Program-made: the position numbers and the translations under genes | Source of the DNA: Octopus bimaculoides | Lineage: Eukaryota | Length of the DNA: 50,575 nucleotides | Direction of reading: 5' to 3' | NCBI RefSeq assembly: GCF_001194135.2 | Contig: NC_068982.1 | Location: 119,765,038-119,815,612 of the forward strand | The notes under the pieces: model-generated | What the model was told of the DNA's origin: nothing | Databases searched by the model: none | What the model saw: the letters and a program-made list of their open reading frames with translations, nothing else | Shown: positions 12,186 through 24,987 of the stretch, in pieces | Layout: each line of letters begins with the position of its first letter | How positions within the stretch are numbered: position 1 is the stretch's first letter

Positions 12186-13847
12186 CATGTATTCTGCGCT
12201 TGGAGCAGTGTTCAAAATAAGTAATTTAATTTCGCTAAAGCTGCGTATAATTTTGAGGTGGTTTCTAAATGTTTATCATATCCTTTGTTATTCTTGGGTT
12301 TCTGCATCTTTCTGCAGATGATGATATCGTTGATTTTAGTACTGGTATCACTCATAATCATAATTATAATTCCTCCTTTAGCCTGTATTGTTTAAGTTAT
12401 TAGATGTAGACAGAATATCAGCAAAATACGTGCCGTATTGAAAACAACTATAATAAACTCACGCAAACTCAATGTGTGTGTCTGTGTGTGTGTTTGTGTA
12501 TGTGCGCGCGGCGCGCGGCTGAATATATACATACATACAGAGTGATACAGGCAGACGGACAAACTGATTGAAAGTGGTAGATAGATAGATAGATGATAGA
12601 TAAATACTTAGACTGATATGTATATGTCTATGTAACGAAATAGAAAAATAGATAAATATATACGCCGCTAAACATATATGAACGTGATGAGAGAGACTGG
12701 GTAAAGTAAACAACATATAAGTCATTGTTTTTACATATGAACATAAGTGTCTTTCCATTTAATGAGATTTGGCATTGGCCTGTTTCAATTTTCATGCGTT
12801 CTCTAATGCAAAATATATTCAGCAATGAGATTCCAAAATTCAAAAACATTGCACATTATAGATGCAACATGAATGTTGAATCAACAGAGTAAAATTAGTA
12901 TAAATACATGTGTATGTGTGTGCGTGCGCGCGTATGTACGTTTGTCTTTATTCAAATTTCGTATTGAAAAAGCTGTAAAATACAAAATTTCTTTCGAATG
13001 TTACATATTTGCTGAATGTCAATAGAGATACTTCTTTTTTTTTATCCTTAGTCATACATGTATTGAATGACTTTTTTTTTTTTAAGATGAGAACCACTGA
13101 GTATTGCAAGATGGTATGACACTAAGACGTGGTGGGAAAAAAGAATAACATACATTTATAAAAAGAAAACCAGCGGGGTTTGTAGTACAACATAGGAGTA
13201 CCGTACGAGCAATTTTGATCGTTTTCTATCGATTCGTGACAGCTTTTGAAAAACAGTCTATAGAAAATGCCCCCCAAACGATCGTCTCTTTCATTTATAA
13301 TGTGTAATAATTTTTAAAAATAGTTCGTGTTGGTCCAACTCCGGATTGAATGTTTAAATTCCTTTAGTATAGGAATAACAAATATATTCGCATCCATACA
13401 TATATACATAATATACACAAATTATTGTACGCATATCGTGGTTAAAATCACAACATGCGTAGCGATCACTGAATAGGTGAAAATAAGCAGCAAGCGAGAA
13501 CATGACAAATGGAACAAACGAGAATCTTGCTTCAATCAGATGCCCCAAAAATTAAATTTTCATAGTTTTCCTGTGTGAGGAAATATTTGTGAGTTCCGAT
13601 TTGTTATAAAAATTCTGGATAGAGTTGATAGGGACTAAACCTGTGAAAGTGATGCATAAGAACGCATGCGGAGACAGAGCAAAACAAATTAAAGACACAT
13701 TCACACAAACACTCACACCAACACACAGACACACACAGATACATACACAGACACACATACACACACACACCACACTCACACACACACACATATATGTATA
13801 AAGTTAATGAGAGAGATGGAAGTTGGAAGATACGAGAATCTTTATTG

Positions 13848-13944
13848 ATCACTACAATCGTTTAAACCCGTCTAGCATCAATCTCTCACAGGTGAAATAC
13901 TGCAAATTTTCATCCATCGGTGTAGATTCCTCTTTTCAGGTGAT
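13848..13944 (-). ncRNA. Decayed hammerhead motif, left arm of the fold-back
   Basis: Minus strand: ATCAC-CTGAAAA-..-TAA-ACGATTGT-A-GTGAT. Stem I is perfect; G8 and G12 are mutated. Confidence 0.5.
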
Positions 13945-14248
13945 TTCAAGACGTATCTCATTAAAATAATACTACTGCATCATTACTTTTTCGTCTTCGT
14001 AGAAAGAAATGGCAAATTGTCGGACATTGCTTTATTCCTATAGAAGATCAATAACAAAGATCAGATGAAGATAATCTTTTACTCTTCATTGTGTATTTGA
14101 TTTTTTACATCTGAACTTTTTTATTGATCTTATATACGAAAAAAGCATTATCCGTCTAATTGTCATTTCTATCCGAGAAGACCAAGAAGACAACATGCAG
14201 TAAAAAATTGTGCCAAACAAAGTTTGTTTTAACGAGATACCTCTTGAA

Positions 14249-14354
14249 ATCACCTGAGGAGATACATCTACACAGAGGGATACTACTAAACCAGTTGTGC
14301 ACTATCCCACTCAGGAGAGATCGATAACAGATGGGTCGAAACGATTGTGGTGTT
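14249..14354 (+). ncRNA. Hammerhead motif, right arm of the fold-back
   Basis: ATCAC-CTGAGGA-GATACATCT..AGATGGGTC-GAA-ACGATTGT-G-GTGTT. The core is intact and stem II has 8 of 9 pairs, but position 17 is G (non-cleavable). Confidence 0.6.
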
Positions 14355-15376
14355 CAATAAAGATTCTCAAATCTTCCGTCTTCCGTCTTTCTCATTTATT
14401 ATAGACTTAACACTAAGCTAATGAACAGGCTTTTGCAGCAATTTATCAGATGTAATACATACGTTTCATTAACTACTGTATATAAATACGTATATATATA
14501 TATATATNNNNNNNNNNNNNNNNNNNNNNNNNNNNNNNNNNNNNNNNNNNNNNNNNNNNNNNNNNNNNNNNNNNNNNNNNNNNNNNNNNNNNNNNNNNNN
14601 NNNNNNNNNNNNNNNNNNNNNNNNNNNNNNNNNNNNNNNNNNNNNNNNNNNNNNNNNNNNNNNNNNNNNNNNNNNNNNNNNNNNNNNNNNNNNNNNNNNN
14701 NNNNNNNNNNNNNNNNNNNNNNNNNNNNNNNNNNNNNNNNNNNNNNNNNNNNNNNNNNNNNNNNNNNNNNNNNNNNNNNNNNNNNNNNNNNNNNNNNNNN
14801 NNNNNNNNNNNNNNNNNNNNNNNNNNNNNNNNNNNNNNNNNNNNNNNNNNNNNNNNNNNNNNNNNNNNNNNNNNNNNNNNNNNNNNNNNNNNNNNNNNNN
14901 NNNNNATATATATATATAAAACGTACGAGAATTTTCAGGTTGAGTTTAGTTATAATAAACTAGTCCAAATCGTTATTAGAGTATCGGCATAAATGAAATC
15001 AATCGCTGGTTTGTACTGGCGTCATGTCGTATTAGTTGTAGTTGTTTACTAAAAGAGTTCAGATGGAATCGGTAAAATATACTGTGTACTTAATTGTCTC
15101 TTCTGTGCTTCTTTCTGACTTTTCTAAACGTATGTGCTCATTTAACTGTTGATTTCCTGGAAAGCAGTTACTAAACAGTTCTCTTGTTTCCAACAGCTTG
15201 ATAAAGGGCGAAATAAATTAATATTTCGGTTAACTCTTTTAACTGATCGAAAATCTCTCCACGAAGAACATAAACACACACACATACATACACACACACA
15301 TACACACACACACACATATATATAATATTGGTGGCTAATTCGCCATTTTATAACGTAAAGGCGGAAACATTTACGT

Positions 15377-15620
15377 CACTAAAATGAACAAGGGCACTAA
15401 TCAGCACCAGTATTGATAGAAATAAGAGCTAATACAGCTCAATAGCCAACAAGTAATAACTTAAAGAGCTGACAAGGCAGACAAGCTTCATATCTCCGAC
15501 CGTAGGGAGCTTGTCTCACATTTCAGGTCATTAAGATACTGCCTTTGTTGGCTGCTGAGTTATTTTGACTCTTATTTCTAGCAATACTGATGCTAATTAG
15601 TGCCCCTGTCCACCTTAGTG
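15377..15620. mobile_element. 244-bp fold-back MITE with CACTAA..TTAGTG termini
   Basis: cactaaaatgaacaagggcactaatcagcaccagtattgatagaaataagag matches the reverse complement of the right end (cactaaggtggacaggggcactaattagcatcagtattgctagaaataagag). Pairing continues to a central hairpin agacaagcttc/gagcttgtct. Confidence 0.85.
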
Positions 15621-15621
15621 G

Positions 15622-15656
<35 letters not shown>

Positions 15657-16030
15657 NNNNNNNNNNGTATATAATTCAAGCAGAGTTACATGTTGTGAAT
15701 CCAACCAACTAAGGGTTAGTATCAATCCAATATACTGCTGGTAGAATACTGAATGATTAATACATAAGTCTTGTTTACTGCGTGGCAATTACACAACTCA
15801 GCGTAATAAATGGTCGAGGGTAACAAATGGTTTTACTCTTAATTTATACGGCAGGAAGAAAATGGAGGGGATCAAGAGGTAATATGCATCAACTGTGAGA
15901 CATTATATTATGTCTATTATATAATGTCGATATTATGTAAATAGAGGAATTTAATCTGTAAATTTATCTGTAAATATAATTGTCACATTTTATATTTATA
16001 TATATATATATATATATACACGCACACACA

Positions 16031-16068
<38 letters not shown>

Positions 16069-16935
16069 NNNNNNNNNNNNNNNNNNNNNNNNNNNNNNNN
16101 NNNNNNNNNNNNNNNNNNNNNNNNNNNNNNNNNNNNNNNNNNNNNNNNNNNNNNNNNNNNNNNNNNNNNNNNNNNNNNNNNNNNNNNNNNNNNNNNNNNN
16201 NNNNNNNNNNNNNNNNNNNNNNNNNNNNNNNNNNNNNNNNNNNNNNNNNNNNNNNNNNNNNNNNNNNNNNNNNNNNNNNNNNNNNNNNNNNNNNNNNNNN
16301 NNNNNNNNNNNNNNNNNNNNNNNNNNNNNNNNNNNNNNNNNNNNNNNNNNNNNNNNNNNNNNNNNNNNNNNNNNNNNNNNNNNNNNNNNNNNNNNNNNNN
16401 NNNNNNNNNNNNNNNNNNNNNNNNNNNNNNNNNNNNNNNNNNNNNNNNNNNNNNNNNNNNNNNNNNNNNNNNNNNNNNNNNNNNNNNNNNNNNNNNNNNN
16501 NNNNNNNNNNNNNNNNNNNNNNNNNNNNNNNNNNNNNNNNNNNNNNNNNNNNNNNNNNNNNNNNNNNNNNNNNNNNNNNNNNNNNNNNNNNNNNNNNNNN
16601 NNNNNNNNNNNNNNNNNNNNNNNNNNNNNNNNNNNNNNNNNNNNNNNNNNNNNNNNNNNNNNNNNNNNNNNNNNNNNNNNNNNNNNNNNNNNNNNNNNNN
16701 NNNNNNNNNNNNNNNNNNNNNNNNNNNNNNNNNNNNNNNNNNNNNNNNNNNNNNNNNNNNNNNNNNNNNNNNNNNNNNNNNNNNNNNNNNNNNNNNNNNN
16801 NNNNNNNNNNNNNNNNNNNNNNNNNNNNNNNNNNNNNNNNNNNNNNNNNNNNNNNNNNNNNNNNNNNNNNNNNNNNNNNNNNNNNNNNNNNNNNNNNNNN
16901 NNNNNNNNNNNNNNNNNNNNNNNNNNNNNNNNNNN

Positions 16936-17007
<72 letters not shown>

Positions 17008-17009
17008 GT

Positions 17010-18206
17010 CAGGTTGTAAACTTAAGTAAAATTAAGCAATGTTTTGGAACATGCAATTCATCACAATATATTTCAACAATGCAGAAGTTTTATTCAATAA
17101 AATAAGTACCATCACAATCAAAACAATGTTTCCAATGAGTTAGATGTTTGTTTATTCTGCTAACATAAATATCTGGAGTTCTGGAGCTCATGAAGTCTTT
17201 CAGCGCACTTTCAACATCGGTTTGATTTTTGAAATCCTTCTCTCACAGGAAACCATGAAGGTGCTTGAAAAAGTGGTTGTCGGCAAGAGAAAGGTCTGGG
17301 TGGAGAACTTCGTAACCAAGTTCCCTCAACTTCTGGAGCGTCATTAGTGAAACGTGTGGTCGAGCATTTTCATGACGAATGATTGGTCCTATTCTGATGA
17401 GCAATCTGGAACGGAGCAGTAGCAGTTTCTCGTTCATTTTCGCAATTTAATAGCAATGTGGTTCTGCAGTAATGATTTTCCCAGGTTTTAAGAAGTTATT
17501 GTGGAAGAGTCCAGCAGTACACCACTAAACAGTCACCATAACCTTCTTCTTGAAAAGCTCGGATTTAGGAAAGGTTTTCAGTGCTTTATTTTGGTCTAAC
17601 CTTTGTAAAGTACGTTTTTATAATTGTACAGAATCCACTTTTCCTCACAAGTTACAATACGGTCGAGAACTGGATCAGTCTGGTTATAGAGAAGCAAGAG
17701 CAAATTTCATGTCTGCGCATTTTCTGATTTTCATTCCAATCGTGTGGTACCACTTGTCGAGGTTTTTTTGATTTTCCGATCGCATGCAAATGGTTGCAGG
17801 AAGTTTTCTGGCCTACTTGAATCTTTCTCAATGACACTCTTTAATTGACCATCATCGATGACCGATGGACATCCACTGCGCTCAGGATTTTCAAGGGTCA
17901 GGTCTCCGCTGCGGATTCGTTTCGAGCTGACCACTCATTGGTCATTTACTCACCAAACGTTTACATTGATATCGTTAGCAATTTCAGATTCTTTACGTCT
18001 TTTTTTGAAGTTGAATAGTAAAACTACACGAATATTACACTTTGACAATTCCATTTCAGATGACTGTAACAGCGGTGAGTAAAATATCAATGATAATTTA
18101 TTGATGCATTTGGGCAAGTCTATGTCTGTATTATCAGACAATTGCAACAAAGAAAAAACAACAAATGTATTAGAAAAATTCAAAACTCAGCAAAAATCTT
18201 ATGATA
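17010..18206 (-). mobile_element. Near full-length degenerate mariner (Hsmar1/cecropia-like); transposase pseudogene about 18054-17092
   Basis: MELSKCNIRVVLLFNFKK at 18054; RSGDLTLENPERSGCPSVID; HLHAIGKSKKPRQVVPHDW; PIIRHENARPHVSLMTLQKLRELGYEVL..DNHFFKHL; WKHCFDCDGTYFIE. Multiple stops and frameshifts. TIRs not confidently paired. Confidence 0.9.
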
Positions 18207-18877
18207 AGAAGCGGTGCACTGTAACAGAGGTTTCGATTTGATTCAAATATAAGAAAGTTCACCGAAGTTAGATTATTCCTATAAGTGGAGTGAAGCCCGA
18301 ATAGTTTGCATTGGAATCGAGTCGTTTTAGCTGCGACGATGAAGTAAAGCCAAATAATGATATTTCCAAATCATTTAATACTTACGTATCAGGTTTGCGC
18401 AGTATATAACAGGAAATGCATCCATAATGCACGATTTCTCTAGTTGAAGCATTTCAAAAATATATGAAGAGATCGATGGAAAATTTTCTATATATGTGGT
18501 GAGAGCAGTTAGCCGGCTACTAAGTTAGGTGGTTAGATATCTATACAGAGTGGAAAAGGGTGAGAAAGATACAAGAGGTTAACATAAAGAGGGTGAGTAA
18601 GAAAGGCGAAAAAGAAGGAAATGATATTAAAGTGAAATATTGAGGCAGGAAGAAAGGATTTACGAGTGAATAGTAAAAAGAAAATGAAGTAGTTTTGTTT
18701 CTTTGCATCGAAAATCTAAGTAAATTCGACGAAATGTAGTAAATGAAGAAGTTCAAGCAATTGAAGGTGAACAGAGAGATGAAATAAACCGGTGTCAATG
18801 TGTATTTAAGTTTAGGAGTAAATGGAATTGCGAGTATATGACCACGATTATGTGATGTCAAGGTACTTTGGACTAAA

Positions 18878-19545
<668 letters not shown>

Positions 19546-19579
19546 GACTTAGATGGCATGCTCTGCTCTGTCACACAAT

Positions 19580-19583
19580 AACG

Positions 19584-19614
<31 letters not shown>

Positions 19615-19705
19615 TAATAATAATAATAGTAATATTAATAATAATAATAATAATAATAACAACAACAACAACAACAATAAAAATGATAACAACAACAATA
19701 ATAAT
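19580..19705. repeat. (TAA)n/(CAA)n microsatellite
   Basis: Direct reading. Confidence 0.95.
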
Positions 19706-20059
19706 AAAACAAGAAGAAAAGTGTAACTGTTATTGATAATAGAGATTGGCTGTGTTTCGGTTTCTTAAAATGAAACGAATGAACAATATTTCGAAACTCC
19801 GTGTCTCTTTTACCAGTTCAAAATATAAAATAAAATTAAATTCAAAGACGGGAAACGCTGAAACATTCAAAACTAAACCGGAATAACTGTGTCTCTTTCC
19901 AAGATGTCATCGGTCTTCTGTCTTTCACAAAAGGTAGCAAAAGGATGGAAAGAAAGAAATAAAAACAAAAAGAAAGAAAAGAATTGAAGAAAATAATTAT
20001 TCAGTCAAAAACTTGAGTAGTATAAATATGGTGGAATTCGCCTGCTATTTTATTAATTC

Positions 20060-20632
20060 CTTGAGGCTGAGATGTCAACAGCTCACAAATATATCTATTC
20101 TCATGGACTTTTGAGGAGTGAAAGTGCAGTGGAGTGAGAGTATTATTTTGAGAATGTTCACTTTCAGGTCTTCGGATTTACACTCGTTTGATGTGAAATG
20201 CTCCACAAATTCTGTGGAAACACTGTTCTTGTGCCTGACGTCGTACCTATGTCCGTTAAATCTATTTTGTAACCGTTCTGTTTGCAACCAACATAAACCA
20301 TTTTGTGTTTGATGCATTCCGCTTTATACACCAAATGGGAATCCCTACATGTCCCTCCTTCAGTGTAAATCATAATATTTCTGTTATAAATCTTGATGGA
20401 ATTGGTCTGACTGATGTTATTGCACAACGAACAGAGCTTGCATCTCTTATGGGTGTTTTGGTGGGTGCAGCATTCAGAAACTCTAAAGGAGTGTTTATTA
20501 GAGGTACTGCTCAATATCTCTCTAATATTTCAGGAAGAGGAAATATTTGTCGGAAATGAGGATATTTTTCTGAAATATGTTGGTAACTGTCATGCAACAC
20601 TTTTGAAATGCCAGCGAAAATTCGATGCCAGT
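20060..20632 (-). mobile_element. Penelope-like element fragment (linker plus GIY-YIG), Neptune/Naiad-type
   Basis: ISKVLHDSYQHISEKYPHFRQIFPLP; RCKLCSLCNNISQTNSIKI..EGGTCRDSHLVYKAECIKHKMVYVG / QTERLQNRFNGHRYDVRH..FVEHF..LKVNIL. The Cys-rich linker and LVY..YVG-QT..RFNGH motifs are recognisable. Confidence 0.85.
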
Positions 20633-20639
20633 TAATCAC

Positions 20640-21708
20640 TAAAAACTGAATTCGACTCTAAAAATCGTATCGAAGTTATTAACACCCAGGTACTTCCAAT
20701 AGTCCAATATAGTCTTAACATCATTAACTGGTATCTTCCAGAGCCCCAACGCCTGAACAGGAAGACAGGAAAACTGCTAACTCCTAAGAACATGCACCAC
20801 CCAAAAGCAGATGTTGATCGACTGTACCTACCTAGAACTAATGGGGTAAGAGGAATGATGCAGGAAGAAATGTGCTATAAGACCTCCACAATAGCAATGA
20901 ACAGGTACTTATCTAGTACAGTACTTATCTAGTACAGTACTTATCTAGTACAGTACTTATCTAGTACAGAGAACCGAACGCTGCGAAAGCAGCAAATGAT
21001 GACATTATATTGTCAAGGAAGCTTGCAAATTTGCCAGGCAATTTGACATTAATTCTGAAATACTGGTAGAACCTGAAACCACTGCTACAAAATAAGCAAT
21101 ATGGATCAAGCAGACGGCAAAAAAATAACGGGCAGAAATAAACTGAGGAGTGGTGGAGACAGAAGCCTCTGCATGGACTGTATATACTTCAAAGTCGAAA
21201 TATAGATGTAGATCAAGCAACAACCCATTAGTAGCTGAAAAGTTCAGGAGTGAAATCTTAAACTGAAGGTTTCAGTCATATGGCCGGCGCAAGATCCAAG
21301 CATACACGCAAAAACTACCAAGCTAACGCACTTCAAAACGGTTCTGACACATTTGACGAAACAATAGACCATGTTGTCTTGGGATGTCCTGTACTGACCA
21401 CCACGATAGAGCACCACAGTATTTACAATGGAAAATATGTAAACGATACAAAATCAGCAATCCTGCTTATTGGAACAAACGTCATCCTGAGCCAGTTGTT
21501 GAAGGTAAAAATATTACTATCCACTGGGATTTTCCGTCAACAATAACAGAATGATCCAGAATAATTATTAAAGACTTGTATGAAAATACTTGTAGACTAA
21601 TAGATGTCAGTGTTACCACTAACAAAAATATATCTGTCAATGACAAACCTGAAAATTGAAATACAAAAGACTGTGGCATCTTAAAACGAGAACTGTTCCT
21701 GTTGCAAC
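20640..21708 (+). mobile_element. R4/Dong-clade LINE 3' fragment (thumb, CCHC region, RLE), degenerate
   Basis: DSKNRIEVINTQVLPIVQYSLNIINW..HHPKADVDRLYLPRTNGVRG; ETIDHVVLGCPVL; WKICKRY..EPVVEGKNITIHWDF; CRLIDVSV; LKIEIQRLWHLKTRTVPV. Confidence 0.9.
20905..20968 (+). repeat. Four exact tandem copies of the 16-mer GTACTTATCTAGTACA
   Basis: Read directly; embedded in the LINE coding remnant. Confidence 0.95.
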
Positions 21709-22201
21709 GGCGGTGCATCAGCATGGCCGCAGCATTCAGTTGAAACTATAATATATATATATATANNNNNNNNNNNNNNNNNNNNNNNNNNNNNNNNNNN
21801 NNNNNNNNNNNNNNNNNNNNNNNNNNNNNNNNNNNNNNNNNNNNNNNNNNNNNNNNNNNNNNNNNNNNNNNNNNNNNNNNNNNNNNNNNNNNNNNNNNNN
21901 NNNNNNNNNNNNNNNNNNNNNNNNNNNNNNNNNNNNNNNNNNNNNNTATATATATATATATATGTATATAGGTTATGAGCAGTAATGGTATCAATTAGAC
22001 CCAGAGGGTATTGGAATCATAATGAATTTACAAATGCAATGATGAATCTTAAAGACTATTGGATTTTACTCACAAGATATTGGGGTCTTATATGTATACC
22101 ATTCTGCCTAAACAATGGATTTACAAATACAAAATCCCTGCATTCACTCTCTATTTTCTATCTTATCTAAATTAACTTTTGCTTAACCATCCTCTCACAC
22201 C

Positions 22202-22249
22202 GTCTCCGATGAAGGGATATAATAAATATCCTGGAAACTGCTGTAAGAC
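22202..22249 (+). ncRNA. Minimal type I hammerhead ribozyme motif
   Basis: GTCT-CCGATGA-A-GGGATAT(AATAA)ATATCCT-G-GAAA-CTGCTGT-A-AGAC. Stem I has 4 perfect pairs, stem II 7 pairs, and the triplet is GTA (cut after 22245). Confidence 0.7.
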
Positions 22250-22575
22250 CTTCTATTTATAAATGTTCTAAAATATACACAGCCTTGGTTTTTTATCTCA
22301 TTACGAAAAGAAAACCCTTATACGTATATATATACATGTATGTATGTATAAATGTGTGTGTATGTGTGATGTGTGTTTTCATTTGTTATACCAAATGTTT
22401 GTACTTTTTTCTGTTCATTGTAAATAATTTATAGAAATTTATTTTAGCGATGTGTATGTGTGCATTAAATAAGTGCAAAGATCGTTTTGCATAAAATTAT
22501 CTTGGAATTTTCTGAGATGCTTTCCTTCAAAGGAAAATTCCAAACTGTAAGCCATAATTTGTTACTTTGTGTATA

Positions 22576-22702
<127 letters not shown>

Positions 22703-22914
22703 GAGAGCGTAGAATGGTCGTTTGCAAATTTTGTACTAGAAACAGTTCTAAAATGTAAACATTACAGCCAATTACTTTTAGCTAGACATCAAAGAAAATG
22801 TCTACTCTTCCTTTCATACATTGCTCTTGTGACCTGGATATCAATGTTTAGAAACTGACCTATTTTCCAATATATTTCAGGCAGATTCAGTGCTGAGTTG
22901 CTGAATCAGAAATA

Positions 22915-23080
22915 TCGTTATAGCAAATATTCTGATCAATACCACAGAGTTGCTTGTCAGTTGCTTGACCTCATCAACTTGAGCGTGTCTCTTAGTGGCT
23001 GACAATGTGTGCATCACTGATCATAAGCAGGAGTAGTGGGGAGTGTCATAGCTATATGCTGAGAGGGATGATTTGGGTTT
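22915..23080. mobile_element. Partial copy of the unclassified repeat at 19045-19545
   Basis: Visible sequence similarity over about 160 bp. Confidence 0.65.
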
Positions 23081-23829
23081 TAAATAAATGTTGTAACAAA
23101 AGCAAAGTTTGAAGGAATTATTACTATTTTTCATTCTTTCTATGGGTAAGAAAAATAGAAAATAACAGCAACTATTCAAGGACAATAGTCGTGTTACAGT
23201 GTTATCGATGTTACATACTTAATATTTCTGTGCTATTAAATGGTTTTAGGCTGCAGTATTTCCTCCATTAAAGCCGTTAAAGCCTTTAAAGAAGAAGAGT
23301 CTTAAAAAACACTATATATTTCAATCAGGTGAAGCGTTCCCAAAGTGGATCGAGCATACGGCACGGATAAGCAGAACTAATAGCAAATTACCCACATCTG
23401 TAGTTCTCGTTCACCTCTGGCGCTCCTCCTAACTCAAAATTAAAATTTTGTTTTACTTGTGCAGCGCTATTTATACAACCTATTGATTTTATTCTCTATA
23501 CACTTAAGGCCAGCGATTTGAATTTTTAGAGGATGTGTCCTATCTACAGCGACCATGAGCTACAATAACAGTGAAATAGTGATATCTGTCTCTCCCGTTC
23601 ACCTCTGATGTGAGTAGTTCCACTTGGCTTTGATGTATATATCGTTTTTTACTACTGAATCACTAAACGTATGTAAAGTAAACCTCTGGAGAAATTATCG
23701 CAGCCTAATTGTCATTTACACACATATTAAATATGTGAAATCGACAGTGTGTGCGTGTGCTTGTCTGTGTATGTGTGTGTATATGTGTCTGTGTGTCTGT
23801 GTGTGTCTGTGTGTGTGTGTGTGTGTGTA

Positions 23830-24987
23830 CGAGGATCGGCTGAAAATTTCATAGGCTGATGAAGATACTCTCATAGCATGTTACCAAATCAGGTTTGTTT
23901 TTCAACAACGCCCTCTGTGGTCCTCATACTTCATTCACCGGTTTTGCTTGATCAAAGAAATCAACAGTAGTAGATACAACGTCATTATCACTGTGATACT
24001 GGTTCCTAGTTACATTTTTTTTCCGTGTTTGGGAACAGACGATAGTGAGATGGGGCCAAATCAGGAGAATAGCTACAGTCTCACACAGCTGTCATTGAAA
24101 CCGAGGACTTTCGCGTTGAAACATTGTCTTGAAGAAACAAGAATTTTTCATCAATTTTCCTGGCTGTTTGGACTTGATAACCTTTATTAACTGTCTCACC
24201 ATTGATGGTGTGGTCTTTTTGAAGACATGCTGCTTTATACATGACCCCCACAAAAAAAATAGTTATCAACTTTACTGTAGATGAAACGGCTTTGGTCTTC
24301 TTTGAAACAAGTGAGGAAGGTTATATCCCCTGTATGGAGTGTCTCTGGCCCTGGCCCAACGTAAGAAACTCAACACTCATTTCGGGTTAGGAAACATTTA
24401 AGGAAACCAGCTTGATATGTCAGATTTTCATGTGATATGATCAGCCTGGTGCGCTTTCAATCACGTGTCAGATAACATGTCACCTACCGGGCAGTAACAT
24501 CAGTGTTTTCAACTCTTTCACGAGATGTGCTAATAACATCGGCTATTTGATTTATAGTAAATCGCCTCTCATCATCACCGTGTGGCGAACACAATCAATA
24601 TTTTCCTCTGTGGTGGCTGCTACAGAAATTCCAGACCTTGGGTCGTCTTCAGGTCTCTCCCTTCCAATCCCAAATTCAGCTGTCCCCTTTTGCACTGTTG
24701 ATAAAACTGGAGCATCATCTCCTAATGTAGCAACCATGTCAGCATGAATGTCCTTGGAGACTACACCGTTTTTTCTACAGGTACTTGATAACACCACGAT
24801 GTCAAAGTTTGCCCGTTTTCAAGAGAAGTCGTTATCTTTGGAATTTTATTTGAACAGTCAGATATCAGTTTAACTTCAAATAATTAACGCACTTATTAAT
24901 AAGAAGTGTTGAACTTAATAGATGCAAGATCTCTCAGCTCTAGAATCATATCTTTCTAGTCAGTCTATGAACTTTTTAGCCCTTTCG
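23830..24987 (-). mobile_element. Degenerate mariner with both TIRs and internal deletions
   Basis: TIRs tacgaggatcggctgaaaatttcataggctga (23828-23859) and the reverse complement cacgaaagggctaaaaagttcatagactg (24961-24989). Transposase motifs: KDIHADMVATLGDDAPVLSTVQK..EDDPRSG..TTEENID, RFTINQIAD, DHTINGE, FLQDN, YSPDLAPSHYRLFPN. Confidence 0.92.

Larger units (their letters stand above)
13797..14403. mobile_element. About 600-bp fold-back element (arms about 13797-14069 and 14105-14403), probably an inverted pair of Penelope-type pseudo-LTRs
   Basis: Arms match as reverse complements, e.g. gagaatctttattgatcactacaatcgttt vs gagaatctttattgaacaccacaatcgttt, and tcaggtgatttcaagacgtatctcattaaaa vs tcaggtgatttcaagaggtatctcgttaaaa. 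Each arm carries a hammerhead-like motif. Confidence 0.85.

Noticed and set aside
19880-19930. Minus-strand CCGATGA-CATCTTG-GAAA downstream of the PLE fragment
   Set aside because: Core-like and in a plausible place, but I could not form stem III or stem I; left unsupported.
20905-20968. Direct repeats suggesting a CRISPR array
   Set aside because: No spacers, a 16-bp unit, eukaryotic context, and inside a LINE.
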